A stretch of DNA of 64,000 nt, taken from the NCBI RefSeq assembly GCF_947568905.1, contig NC_079172.1, positions 43,462,001-43,526,000 of the forward strand. Reading direction: 5' to 3'. This DNA is from Ostrea edulis. Taxonomy: Eukaryota. Positions 1 through 14,200 of the stretch are shown here, in pieces. A program made the translations under genes and the position numbers. The notes under the pieces were generated by a model. It saw nothing but the letters and a program-made list of their open reading frames with translations, did no database searches and was not told where the DNA came from. Within the stretch, counting starts at the first letter, position 1. Every line of letters begins with the position of its first letter.

Positions 1-214
1 GAATATTAGAACTTAGCTTATATATTCAGCACAGGAAATTTTTTCTAGATTTCATTGCCCTTGGAACTAGTGATACTTTTAACTAGTATTCAGGTGACTG
101 ATAAGGCCTGTGGGCCTCTTGTTACTGTTAAGCATGTTTCAGATCCTCTGTCCTTTAATTTGTTGATTACATTGATATACTGTACACAGGCAGACTTGAC
201 ATTTCCCATTGTAG

Positions 215-2502
215 GTACAACTTGGATCCTTTTGGTGAATATAACGATGCAGCATTGTGGTCAGCGATAGAAAAATGTCATATAAAAGAGACAGTGAGTA
301 TTCAGACATTGTCGGAAGGGGGGGGGGGTGGGGGCTTATTGTAGGGACATAAACATGATGAAATATTGTGTTTTCTAGACGGTGACCAATCTGAGAAATG
401 ACACCACTCATTACAGATACATGTATTGTTTACTTGTAATGATCTTCTTGAAGGAGTTTGTGGTGCAGATGAATATATTTAGATCATAGGAAGTTTACCT
501 GTTATACAGTATAAATTTCACAAGGGACGGTGAGACATCTAATATACATCTTTCCTATTTTTCTTGAATTTATAGATTACTTCCCTTGAACATCAGCTAG
601 ATTCCCAGGTTATAGAGAATGGAGAGAATTTCTCTGTAGGAGAGAGGCAGCTAATTTGTCTGGCCAGAGCTCTATTACGGCACAGTAAAGTATGTTTGTC
701 GTTTCTCTTACGGCTCAGTAAAGTATGTTTGTCATTTCTCTTACGACACAGTAAAGTATGTTTGTTGTTTGTTGTTTCTCTTACGACACAGTAAAATATG
801 TTTGTTGTTTCTCTTACGACACAGTAAAGTATGTTTGTCATTTCTCTTACGACACAGTAAAGTATGTTTGTTGTTTCTCTTACGGCTCAGTAAAATATGT
901 TTGTTGTTTCTCTTACGGCACAGTAAAGTATGTTTGTTGTTTCTATTACGACACAGTAAAGTATGTTTGTTGTTTGTTGTTTCTATTACGACTCTGTAAA
1001 GTATGTTTGTCGTTTCTCTTACGGCACAGTAAAGTATGTTTGTCGTTTCTCATACGGCTCAGTAAAATATGTTTGTTGTTTCTCTTACGGCACAGTAAAG
1101 TATGTTTGTCGTTTCTCTTACGGCACAGTAAAGTATGTTTGTTTCACTAATCCAGTGTAATCTGTTGTATCAGAAAATCTTTTGGAATTTTACATAAACA
1201 TTATATATACAGTTGAAATTCGATATCTCAAATTCCGTGGCTATGTTGAAGTGAGTTTTAAGTCCCAACTATATTTTCTTTATTGTATTTTAACCTTGGT
1301 ATCTCAAATTTTCTGATATCTCAAAGTTTTTTCTCGGTCCCCTCAGGTTCGAGATAATGCTTGACTGTGTTGGAATGAAATTGAGGGACATAAGTTACAC
1401 AAGCACATCTGTTATTTTGTTTCTTTCATGTTTCTCAATGATGACCTTGTTTCATGATTTCAGATTTTGATGCTGGATGAAGCTACTGCTGCCATAGATA
1501 CAGAGACGGATGCTTTGGTGCAGACGACAATCAAGGAGGCTTTTTCTGACTGCACAATGCTGATCATAGCTCACAGACTGAATACTGTGTTATCCTGCAG
1601 TCGTATCCTCGTAATGGAGGAAGGAAAGGTTTGTAATGTTATAGAGAGGAGACTAGCTAACATCAGTACATGTATGTGCTATCTACATAAACACTAGCTA
1701 GCATCAATATTGACATCAATATGTGCTACATAAACACTAGCTAACATCAATATGTGCTATCTTCATAAACACTAGCTAACATCAATATGTGATATCTTCA
1801 TAAACACTAGCTAACATCAATATGTGCTACATAAACACTAGCTAACATCAGTATGTGCTATCTTCATAAACACTAGCTAACATCAATATGTGCTATCTTT
1901 ATAAACACACATTTGAGTTGCCCAGTCTGATTCCATCCCTGATTTTGACATGAATGTTGGCTTTGAAGTCCTTCAAGGCAGGCCTGCCCCGAACAAGAAT
2001 TATCGTGTTTGCCCGTCCAAACTGTCTTATTATTAGCAGGAAATGAAAGCCAGAAATTGTATATTCCTGCTTCGTGCTTATTGTTTCAGAGAACCGGTCT
2101 AATTCTTTAATACATGCATGTGACACCTATTGCAACAAGACATGTCAATTTTGAAAGTGATATTCAAATTAAAGACCCGTGACTTTCACATTTAAAGCTG
2201 ACCGTCTGGTGGTGGAACAGTTACTACCTGTTTTAATGACATACCAGATCCAGATAATGGGATTTTTCTTTTGTTACCCCGACTTGATCCGTGTTACTGG
2301 AAATAAAATGTGCTTTATCTTGGAAAATATAATGGTATAACACGTATTTTTGAAATATTAAAACATTGTATGTGTTACTTAAATGAAGGGCTTGGGATTC
2401 TCGTTACAGGTGGTTGAATTTGACACGCCTGGGAAACTGATGTCTAATTCTAAATCCAAGTTCAAGATGATGCTAGACGCCACAGAAAACCACAAATTAT
2501 GA
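215..2502 (+). CDS. ABCC5: ABCC5/MRP5-like ABC transporter, last four coding exons (NBD2 C-terminal half); 5' part lies outside the window
   Basis: Exons 215-293 ([26 protein letters not shown]), 576-689 ([28 protein letters not shown] signature), 1464-1628 ([16 protein letters not shown], Walker B; AHRL H-loop) and 2410-2502 (VVEFDTP...HKL*). All have AG/GT boundaries and consistent phase. The NFSVGERQL and DEATAAxDTETD wording fits the ABCC5/11/12 branch. Confidence 0.9.
672..1146 (+). repeat. 33-bp minisatellite (two 40-bp variants) made of the ABCC5 exon end plus splice donor
   Basis: 14 copies of ttacggcacagtaaa|gtatgtttg. Donor positions: 690 (real), 723, 756, 796*, 829, 862, 895*, 928, 961, 1001, 1034, 1067*, 1100, 1133 (* = GT changed to AT). 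Confidence 0.95.
1210..1367. mobile_element. Degenerate Tc1/mariner-like MITE
   Basis: ta|cagt...actg ends with an internal repeated tatctc(g/a)aa motif. The inverted repeats are imperfect. Confidence 0.35.
1652..1905 (+). repeat. ~30-35-bp minisatellite in the last ABCC5 intron
   Basis: Repeated ataaacactagctaacatcaatatgtgcta(tcttc), starting about 24 nt after the 1628 donor. Confidence 0.9.
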
Positions 2503-3257
2503 TCCAGAATGATTCTTAATTTACTGTGTATGCAATAGGCTTTGTTAACTGGGAAGTGTATACCTACATTTAATGTGAATTTAGTTTATTTTGATCTTGA
2601 CTTTATGCTGAGCAGGTGATTCTAATCAATTCAGAAAATTAATGAATTATGTATAAATATTGATGTAATTCATATAAAAGTACTATACTTTTGCTACTAA
2701 TGAGTAGGAATTTAAAGTAGATATAGTAATGATGCATTCAAGTACTTACACTGTATAAAGCTTTATTTTCACTGCAGTTTAATTTTCACTATCACTAGGT
2801 CAAACTATGAAAATCCGCAGTGAGTAGGAACTAGTCATAACATTTATATACATGTAGAATGGATTATAGAAACAGATTAGAATGGATTATAGAAACAGAT
2901 TAGAATGGATTATAGAAATAGATTAAGGCAAGAATTCTTAAATTTAACCAAATGAATGATTACACTTGTGATGTGAATTGAATTAGACAATGTATGAGTG
3001 TTTGTGTTTGGTGTGCAGTCAGTGGATTAGATTATTGTTTTTCTCTTTATGTATAGATGTATGTGTCTCTGTATGTACAGTGTATTTTAACCGTTTGTAG
3101 AATTTCTATAAATGGCTTTTGTTGTGAGCAAGAAAATATCTTTATATGCTTTCCATAATGGGTTTTGTTTTTGGACGTGAGGAACTTGCGTTTAGTGAAC
3201 TTGAAGAAACATTAAAATGCATGTATACTTTAAAGAAGTGAATGATAAATATTTATT

Positions 3258-3530
3258 ACTTGGCTATAAACAAGTTATTCTATGTAGATTTGAGATATCC
3301 CGCTGTTTGATGTTTATTTTGTGTACTTGGCTATAAACAAGTTATTCTATGTAGATTTGAGATATCCCGCTGTTTGATGTTTATTTTGTGTACTTGGCTA
3401 TAAACAAGTTATTCTATGTAGATTTGAGATATCCCGCTGTTTGATGTTTATTTTGTGTACTTGGCTATAAACAAGTTATTCTATGTAGATTTGAGATATC
3501 CTGCTGTTTGATGTTTATTTTGTGTACATT
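3258..3530 (+). repeat. 67-bp tandem repeat x4, probably in the ABCC5 3' UTR
   Basis: acttggctataaacaagtt...gtgt recurs at 3258, 3325, 3392 and 3459 and is nearly identical. Confidence 0.9.
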
Positions 3531-4051
3531 CAGGATATCCTGCTCTTTGATGGTTATTGGGTAACCCACGTACACTAATTTGACTGCAACTCCACTGTTA
3601 ACATTTTGAACCAATTTGTATGCTTTATCGGCAATGATTGAAAGAGTATATTTTATACATGACAGAATTGTATTTAAGACGAGACCAAACATACTTATTT
3701 CTTTGAAGTGTTTTATATTATGTATATTTTTAAAGATTTTTTTAAAAAAATGTCCTCAAAGTATATGTACATGTATCAAGAATGAAATTTATTTTCATCT
3801 ACTTACTTTTTGGTTGAATATGAGATTGCTTGTGATATGAATTTTTCATTTCCTGGAATAAACATCTCAACCTTAAGCACCCTTCCCACCCTGTGTGCTC
3901 CATTCTACCAGTACTTGTTGAAAACTATCAAAAGTTCCGTGTTTTTTAAATGACTTGATATTCTTATAGAACATGACTCTGACTTTGTCTTTAGAGCAAT
4001 TAACATGATGTTTTCCTTTTTTTATATATTACAAGACATTTTAATATCTAA

Positions 4052-4054
<3 letters not shown>

Positions 4055-4098
<44 letters not shown>

Positions 4099-4135
4099 CA
4101 TCTCTCACTCACTCTGTCTGTCTCTCTCCCTCTTA
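4055..4135. repeat. (TC)n microsatellite
   Basis: Visible directly in the sequence. Confidence 0.95.
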
Positions 4136-6600
4136 TATTAAGCATTATATTTTCATTCTATACACAGAAACAAATCTAATGAATATGAAATCCATGACCA
4201 ATAACCAGTATTTGACAGACTGTCGACATACATTGTGTCTTATTGTTAGTTTCATATGATCGACTAGAATTACATGGTAAACTTTTTTCTTTCTTTTAAT
4301 TTAGAAGCACTTAGTAAAATTAAGACTCTAAACTAAATTGTGTTTTCTGTTTTATACTATACAATTACAGAGGACTTGCTTTTAAATCCCCCCCCCCCTC
4401 CCCGGTTATCCATATTCTATTATTAACATATCCTCATGCCAGTTCAATTGAATGTGATGTACGCAGGTATGAAATTCAAGTGGTCAGTTATCTTTAGAGA
4501 TAGCATTGTACAAATTACACTTCTTTGTACTATGAAAGATTTACTTGAAGTGAGAAAAAACTCATGGAAATCATGTCAATTGTAAAAATGTTTTATATAT
4601 ATATTTATATATATACATATCGTGTATTGGCAATAAGTGAATGCATATTCAATGGTAGATGTTTTAAATGAATTTGTTTTGTTCAAAATGATGATTATTT
4701 GATGAATATTATATATGTAGTTCATCAGCCAAATCAGTTATGATCTTTACATTTCACAATAATGTTTTCAATATCATTTCATTAAGATAAAAAATTCTTG
4801 CAAGCATTTTTCATGCAAATGTGTAGATTGATATATTTATGAACATATTTGTTAATGATAATCACGTTACAGAACCTGCAATAACTACGCGTCATTGTAC
4901 CATAAATTTTGTGCCATAAGGCGCATCGTGAATCTGTGCACTTATGAATTACTGTGTACCAGGAAAATTAACGGGAATCCTTTGTGGTCAAAGTTAAACT
5001 TGGCCTATTTAAGAAATTGGCATAATTCAAAAGTACATGGAGCAAGATAGTTCAAAATGGGGTCAATCATTTTTACATGTTAGAGTGAAATTCAATTGAA
5101 ATATTTTTGTTTAAATTCTTGTATACATTATGAATTTGTTAATGCTGACTGTCACAAAATCAAATTGTTGTGTAGTTAAATTATTAATGTTCTTCCTTGA
5201 ATTAGAATATTATATTTATTATTTGTTGATTATTTAGTTGATGTAAAATTATCATTGTAAATGGAGAATTTAATTATCATAATTATTATCTGTTGATTTC
5301 TTAGTTGATATAGAATTATCATTGTAAATGTACCATTACTTGTACAGTATTTGTCATTGGAAATTTCTCTTCACCTTAAATCATGAATATGACTTAGAAT
5401 GATTTGTACCAATTTTTTGTATACCAACCATATCTTAATTTGTAGATGCAACAGAAATATTAATGCATCAATATACATATTAAAGGGACTGATTCACGAT
5501 TTTCCCCAAAATTTTGTTTTTCACTTTAATGACCAAAGATTTTGCATAAAAATTAAGGTTATACATGATCTCAGAAGCTCATTATAGAGAGTTTGTTATT
5601 TGTTTTATAAACAAAGATTGCCGTATGTTATTGTTTACGAAATTTTAAAAAGAAATGGATATCGATCTAATTTTATTATATCTTTCACATTTCAAGCATT
5701 CTTTGGGTAGACTGTATCATCTAAAAGTTAAAATTTGTGACTGCGAAATTAAGATGCTTTATATTACAAAATTAATATTTCACTGGTTTGTTTGTATACA
5801 TAAAAAGACTCAAGTCTTTGTTTACATAACACAGACTTAAGGCTATAATAATGCTATTATTCTTGCTTTCAGAAGGTCAAAAGTTTGGCTGTCAACATTA
5901 AATGAATTATGTTTAACATCAAAAATGCAAATATTTTTTTCAAAAATCGTGAACCAGTCCCTTTAGTGTGGACCTATGCAATAATTAATCTAATATTGAT
6001 TGGAAGTAGAGTGGGTCCATATAGAAATCCTAGTACATTTAAACTATATGTAACAGCTTCAGTCAAACACAATTTTCTATGCACTATTTATTCTGTTGAA
6101 ATTGAAATGTATTTTCCTTTTTTTAAAAAGATGCCATGGCAATCATTATTTTGTCATTTCACAACCATTGGTGCTTTCCCGTCAATCCTATACATTATAT
6201 ATATTTTTGCAATGAAGCAATTTGAGAAATGTTATCTGGGAAGAGTGTGGTAATGGTGTGTTGTGCGAGATCTTCGTTATTATGATCATTCATATTTCTT
6301 GTTGATTATTTGATGTATAGAGTCGGTAATTAATTAATTATTTTTAATAAACTTAATTCTTAGAGATCCATTATTTGTATTTCACTGCCTGTTAAGATTC
6401 CAAATCATGGAAAGATGATTTTTAACTGAGGCCCTGTCTATAGGGGGAGCTCTATAGTGCAAGTATATGCACATCCATCCATCGAGTTTTCCCCGACTTC
6501 TTTTTGGCTATCCCTGCAGCTATTGAATTGAAAATTTAGATACGAACCTATATAAATAGGTCGTTACAGATCAAGTTTGAATTTGGGCTTTCTTGATTTA

Positions 6601-7492
6601 TTTTTTATACACCCATCTTTAGACTGAATGTATTGCAGTACATTTACGTCTGTACTTCCTTCTGTCCATTTGGGGTTTTCCGTTTCTATTTTCGTTTCTT
6701 TGTCATATCAAGCTGAAACTTGCTGTGTACATGTAGCTTCTTTGTGGGTCATTTTAGATTGTGTAATTGTAATCCATTTTGACCTCTCGCTGGAGTTTTG
6801 CCCCTTTATTTAAAATTTAGTGTTGCATGAAAAGTACATGATTTGCGTTTCTAACTCCTCCCACAGTTTTCAAGTCGGGATCTTCTAATTTTACTGTGTT
6901 TGTATGGGTATTGAAGATGTGCAGGTGGGAAGAATTTGGATTTTCTTCAATTTTTATACGCCAGTCTTTAGATGGGACGTATTATGGTACTGATGTCTGT
7001 CCGTCCGTCTGTCCATTCGGGGTTTTTTGTTTCTAATTTCATTTGTCTGTCACATATCAATCAAGCTGAAATTTGCTATGTAGCTTCTCTACATGTAGAT
7101 CTTGTTGCTATTTTGATCCATTTGACCTCTCTTGCAGAAGTTTTGTCCCTTTATTTGAAAATTATTAATTATATGGAGGGGTACATAATTTGTCCAGCGA
7201 ACTCCTCCCACGATTTTCAACCAAGGACCATCTTGTTAAACAGTGTTTGTATGGATATTGAAGATGTGCATGTGGCAAGGATTTTGATTTAAAATTTCTT
7301 TAATTTTTAAGAAAATTACAGGTTGTTGAACTTAGTCCTTTTTTAGGAAATATTCATATTATGCGAAGAAAGTATGTCACAGCCCGATGATGGCTGATAC
7401 TACCTAAGCAAAGTTCTACAATTTACGGATTAAGAAAAAACACCCTATCATTTTCAGGGGCGTGTTATGTACCGTTTGCGGTATTCTTTGTT
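6601..7492 (+). mobile_element. Two adjacent or nested non-autonomous Helentron-like (HINE-type) elements
   Basis: Two T-rich starts (tttttatacaccc at 6601, tttttatacgccc at 6951) are each followed by a short inverted repeat and a gtcc/gtct microsatellite. The two share a degenerate internal unit. The 3' end reads ggggcgtgttat...gtattctttgtt. Confidence 0.55.
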
Positions 7493-8270
7493 GAGAAAAT
7501 AATAGGTTGAACTTAATTGAACAGTTTTGAGGAAGTATTACAAAGTGAGAACATGATTTGTTTATCTCCTCTCACGGTTTAGAAGCTATGGCATTTGTAA
7601 ACAACTTGTTAATGAAGATGTGCATCTTGCAAGGATTTAAATGATTCCCAACAATTTCTAATTTTCATTGATGTTGAAAAAATCACAAGTTGTTGAAGTT
7701 AATCTATCATGGGGAGAACTATTTAAACACAGAGCTCTTGGTTTGTCTTTACCTCTTATTTAAGTTTTTAGTTACTTCACACAATGCAAAATAGAGCATG
7801 TCACAGCTTGGTGATTGTTGATAACTATTTCAAAGAAAGTTCTACACCACTTAATTAAGAAAAACACCCTAGAACTTGATGCATGGTTTAAAATAGTATC
7901 AGCCATCATCAAGCTGTGACTTGTTTTATTTGGTATTGCATCAAAGCTTGGACAGAAGTCAACGTCAAATACTCCTACAACCTATTCCCCACCCACTTCC
8001 CGAACTCTACAATTTGATGAAGTGCATATTTTAAAAAGTTTCTTCACAAAATCAAAGAAATGCTTCCTTGTTTTTGTCATAAATATAATACAACCTGTTA
8101 AAACTCAGCATAATAAAGAATTTTGAAATGTAAGCTTTACATAAGTGATGATTTGTAAGAAATATGTAATATAAGTGCACCTCTATTAAATTTCTAGATA
8201 ACACAACAATGCGAGTTACTGGAGGTCAGTTTATTGAAACTGATACAGCAAACCAAAAGTAAATATTATT

Positions 8271-9931
8271 TAAAGAGCCTAATGGGACACAATGCTCACC
8301 CGAGTCACATTGCACGAGTAGGTGTGTAACACTGACCTTGTAGACACTCACATTGCATGAGTAGGTGTGTGACAATGACCTTGTAGACACTCACATTGCA
8401 CGAGTAGGTGTGTAACAATGACCTTGTAGACACTCACATTGCACAAGTAGGTGTGTGACAATGACCTTGTAGACACTCACATTGCACAAGTAGGTGTGTA
8501 ACAATGACCTTGTAGACACTCACATTGCACGAGTAGGTGTGTAACAATGACCTTGTAGACACTCACATTGAATGAGTAGGTGTGTAACACTGACCTTGTA
8601 AACACTCACATTCCACGAGTACAACACTGACCTTGTACACACTCACATTGCACGAGTAGGTGTGTAACAATGACCTTGTAGACACTCACATTGGATGAGT
8701 AGGTGTGTAACACTGACCTTGTAGACACTCTACAGGCCACGTCTTGTGCTCAATCAATTTTACATGATGCTTGGTTTTCAAGAAAGGGGAACCCTTTGAG
8801 TAGCAAAAGATCAAGGTCACTACTAAACATAGTGTAGTGGACACGGCAGGCAAAATGTTTTGCTCGATTGATCAGATACTTCAGATAACTTTGTTATCAA
8901 GAGGAAGAACCCTATTGATTTTGGGGTCAAAAGGTGAATGGTCAAGGCACTATGGAATGTTGTAGAAAAAGTTTGTAGACACTCTATGGGTCGCATTTTT
9001 GCTGGATTGATTTTAAACGTTACATGAAGCTTTGTTTTGAAATGAAGAACCCTATTGGTTTTGGTGCCAAGATCACTACAGGACTTCATAGAACAGGCTT
9101 GTAGAAACTCATTGCGAGGGAACATGCCCCACATTGTGACACTTTTGTTAGTTTGTTGCTTGAAAAAAAAAAGTTTCTCAAATGTACATTTCAATCTCAA
9201 CTAAAGGCTCTCTAGCCCAGGGGCTCACAATTTCTATAAATCTGCACCCATGCTCCTAGACACAACAGAATTTAATGTAAAAATCTGAAGCCCTACAATG
9301 GCGGATAGTTCCAGCAGACCACAGTTTGAATCCATACTACTTAAGGACACCCATGTATTACTTTAACATGTTGTTGTCATGCTGATTTCGAGAAATTTTA
9401 ATATTCCAACATCCTGAAGATCAGAGGCCATGTTGTTTTTGGTTCATCTGTCTCTTTGTCAAATTCACCAAAGCTGAATTTGGCCATATAGTATATATAT
9501 TGGGCGAAGTTTTTTCAAGATCTACTTGGCTGCAGTGTCTCAGTGATATGCAATAAAATCCATGTTATATTCAGATTACAACATTGGGCCCTAATAAGGG
9601 TTTGGAATGAATATGAACATGCTGTGCTTGTAAAACAATATACCCCAATATATGACCAAATGTGACCCTACCCTGCCCAGGGAAGGGATCATGGTTTAAA
9701 CAAATTGAATTGACAGTGTATGAGCCTTATGGTTTAAAATTTAAATTCCTTATTATCTCCCCTTGGAAGAGGGCACGACTCATCATTTGAATAAACTTGA
9801 TTACCCCTCAGCTAAAGATGCTGCGCATAATTTTGTTAAACTTGGCTGAGTGGTTCTCGAGGAGCAATCAATGAGAATAATGACAATGGACAAAGTCTGA
9901 TCAGAGTCCCCATATCAGGTGAGCTAAAAAG
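8271..9931 (-). mobile_element. HINE-type non-autonomous Helentron carrying a 43-bp tandem array (8303-8730), with a probable nested fragment
   Basis: Ends aagagcctaatggg...gctcacccgag (8271-8304) and tcaggtgagctaaaaa (9916-9931) match the ends of the element at 54675-56476. The 43-bp unit is cacattgcacgagtaggtgtgtaacaatgaccttgtagacact, about 10 copies. Confidence 0.6.
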
Positions 9932-11215
9932 CATGCTCAATCTCAATGATTTTTGCTAATCACTGAAACTGTAAGTGAATTATCTTAAACACTTTCACAT
10001 GGCAATTTATTCCTTTTTAAAAGAAATCAATTTTAGCAACAGAAGCACATGTAAAAGACAAAATAAACTATGAGATTCAAGCTTGGACTACGATAGAAAT
10101 AAAATTCAAATGCACCAGAAATAAAGACTGGCAATAAAACAACACAAGAGGGACAAGCAATTACAAAGTCCTGAATCGCACAGCAAGGAAAGCCTGCAAA
10201 CATTCATCCTGATCTAAAATATTATGCATAAATATTATAGATATATTTATTTTAATCTTTCACATACATGCTGCTCATTGAAAAGAAAAATATTATTGAC
10301 AGAAAAGTTTGCACACTTTTTATGTGTATCTTAGTGTATTATACAGAATTATCTAATTAATATTTGACAAAAAAGTTTCCACACTTTTTTATGTATCTTA
10401 CAGTAAAACACAGCATTATCTGCCTTTTGTGTTTTAACACTGCATTTATCTTTCATTAAAAAAGAACAAATAACAAAATGTCTGGTAAATATGTACGTGC
10501 TACTCAAACATTCAGGGATATCAAAATAAATATAAATGTATGTAACCTTTCATCCATAACTCACCCTACACTTAATCAGTGCTTGGACTACTGTTCAAAT
10601 ATTACATTTTTATATGTAAAATCAGCACATTCATAAACCGAGTTCACTCACTGCAGAACTCAACTGCAATATCTCTTAAATTGATAATTACATTAACAAG
10701 TAATTGTGGCTGCGTACATTTCAAATGACTAACCTAAAAGGTCGAACTTCACACGATCAAGCAGGTTACCATGATTTTTTTGTAACTACTGAGTATAAAA
10801 TATTAGCTAAACAAAAGCACCAGTTTTAGAAATAAATTCATTGACACAAAACTGAACAGGAGCTCGGCTATTCAGGTTGGATGAAGAAGAGCTCCATAAT
10901 AATGAGTGAGTGATCCTCGCATAATATAAATAATAATCTTAGTGTCGTGGAATGATATCTTCACATGGAGAATGATATATGTATCTGTATGTCTGATTTT
11001 GTGGCAAAAATATGACATAGAGAAAAAGGAGCTTTAAGCAATCTTGAAATCCATATAAAAATAATGACAGAGAAAAAAACCTGTAGTGAACACAAGTGAC
11101 ATCAATTTTTATAAATATAAAATAAATAGCTATAAGTTCTAGATCTAACAAACATGGGACTATCTACATGTACAAATGAGGAGTCTGATATGATGAATAA
11201 CGGCGAGTGCTGAAT

Positions 11216-14200
11216 CTAAGTTGAGGTTCTCTTAAGGACGAGAGCTGGTTGTGACATCTCGCCCGTTAACTCTGATGGAAAGCCGTTGATTGTGTTGACT
11301 ATGCCGCTAGTTAAATTGAGAAACCTACAAAAATAAAACAAAGACCAACATACTAGAAAGGACTTAAAATATATGTATTTTGCACAAACATTCATGATCT
11401 TGCCTTGCAAGTTTTATTAGTGAGACCAAGCGAGGATTTTTAGTTTGTTTATTACTGCTTATACACTGATACATATTAATCATAAAATTTTATCTGTATC
11501 AGAAATCTTCCATCATGTGAATACACTTGTACATATTAATCAGAAAATATTTGTGTGTCAGGGATCTTCAATCAGTATATAGAATTGATGAAGGGCATAA
11601 AAACAGCCCTGAAAATGTCATACTGAAAATGGGTAAAGGATCCATAAATCATCAATATGCTTCACGTTGACTTGGTGTCTCTCATGACAAATTATTTTCT
11701 CATGGAGTTAAAAGAATAGTTTTGGATGATTGATATTATATTAAAAACATTTTGGATCATTGTAGCTGGGGTGATATAAATATCCATATATATGTTTATT
11801 TTGAAGTCACAAACTTTAAAAAGTACAGATGCCATTTACTCCCATAAATTAACTCAATGATTTAAATATTTGTTTAAAAAAAGTTAAATAATTAAATCTT
11901 GTGAATAAATGAAATTGGTATTAATTAGAAGATAAATGTAGAATGTAAATTAGAAGTGTAGAAACATTAAAATGCAATTGTTTCATTATTTTGTCTCAAG
12001 GAAATAGAAAGTATTTTATTCTAGGATGCCCATTTTGTCCACTGTTTTTTAAATTAGCATTGATATTTAGTCCAGAAAAGTGTTGATATCTAGTACAGAA
12101 TAGTGTTGATATCTAGTACAGAAAAGTGTTGATATCTAGTACGGAATAGTGTTAATATTTAGCACAGAATAGTGTTGATATTTAGTACAGAATAGTGTTG
12201 ATATTTAGTACAGAATACCGTTGATATTCAGTACAAAATAGCGTTGATATTTAGTACAGAATAGCATTGATATTTAGTACAGAATAGCGTTGATATTTAG
12301 TACAGGTACTGACCATTCCTTTTGTTCAGGGTACAGCTGTTTCACGCCCGGTTCTCTCTCTTGACTGAGTGCCGATTTAATGGACTTAAAGTTTTCCTCT
12401 ATGCTTTGTTTGTAGGGATCTAACAAAGCATGTCCAACATTGGTTAAAGATTGCTGTAAGAAAACAAAGTACAGAATAAGGTACCGTGAAGTTCCTAAAA
12501 TGAATATTGTAATTCTAGAATTTACAGATTCTTTAACAATGAAAACAATTAAATGTTAAGATGCACATTAAATTTTTTTTTCAAACTTTACAAACAAACT
12601 TTGTTTCCATAGTATGGATATAAAACACATTTAATAAAGACTAAAAGAGAATATACAACATTCACAATAACAAGAGGCCTATGGACCTTAACAGTCACCC
12701 GAGTATGCATATTTTTTGGTCTTTAGAAATCACTGTATTATCTGTGTGCCCTTTATACTTCTCCATTTTTATACTCTGTACTAGATATATATTAGTATGA
12801 TCATCATACACAATTGATAATTTAGAATTCTTTTATCGGAGAGCAAGTTTTATCACATCATAGCAAAAGAAGATTTTCTTTTTGAGTTCTACAAGGGCAA
12901 ATTAATTTTTACTGTTTTCAAAAAGGGCTCATATATGATCAACTATTAAAGCCCCATCCTGGGACCTAAACCCAGGGGATATAAATTTTACATTGCTTAT
13001 TATAATTATACAGTTTTTCTACTTGATGTCTAGACATTTTTCTATTGCATTTTCTAAACATTATGCATATGACCAATCTAGCACCACCCTGGTTCCTGAA
13101 CCCTGAGGTCATGAATTTTACAATTCTGGTATAGGACTCCATGCCATTATAAACATGCAAACATTTGCCTTCTTGACGTCCAGAGGTAAAGAAAAAGATT
13201 TTCTAAGATACAATGCATTTTCACTATATGACCAACTTAGCCCCACCCTGGGGCCTGAACCCAGGGGTACAGTTTTGGTAAAGGTCTCATTGTTAATTAT
13301 AATCATGTTAATATTTTGTCTACTTGATGTCCAGGAGTAAAGAAAAAGATTTTTGAAGATTACATTAATTTTGATGGTTTTAACTACACCCCTCAGGCAC
13401 TGAGGAGGCAGATTCCACAAAATTCACAATTTTTGTTCCCCTCGACCCATAGATGTTACGAAATTGGTTGAAATGGTTCAGAAGCTGTAATTGTCCAAAG
13501 GTGTATGACCAACGCACAACAAACCATAACAGACAGAAACAGATAACAATAGGTCCCCCGAATGACTGCTTATCTTGCAACATTTGGCCAAAATATTGGT
13601 GACTTAAATAAAACTGACCAATAATGTTTTATCTGTACTAAACGATTGGCCGTCTGTGTTAACAGATTACTTACATACAATCTCTGTGTGTTTTATCAGT
13701 ACTAAATGATTGGCCGTCTCTGTTAACAGATTACTTAGATACAATCTCTGTGTGTTTTATCCGTACTAAACGATTGGCCGTCTCTGTTAACAGATTACTT
13801 ACAAACAATCTCTGTGTGTTTTATCCGTACTAAATGATTGGCCGTCTGTGTTAACAGATTACTTACATACAGTATTGCCATTTGATGAGCTATGTATTTG
13901 TGGTCGGACAAATTACACAAATCTGAGTTGATCTGACGAGACAAGGCCGAGAGATTCTGGAGACTGGAGAGATCAGCATAATAATTGTCCAATCCTTCTG
14001 TACGTTGATTTAGGTTAAAGTGACCTGGATTTTCTAAATATGCTGCTGCCCGAGGAAAAAGCAAGTCAAATTTCCTCATCACAATATATTGCTGCAAAAG
14101 ATAAATAAATATATAAAAAAAAGAACACAATCAAAACTGAGTACCTAAAATGAAATTTTTGATAAGTTTCCAGTGTAACTTCACTGGTGATATGCTTTAA

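Noticed and set aside
758-1160. Repetitive ORFs of 130, 76 and 65 aa
   Set aside because: They are read-throughs of the 33-bp intronic minisatellite.
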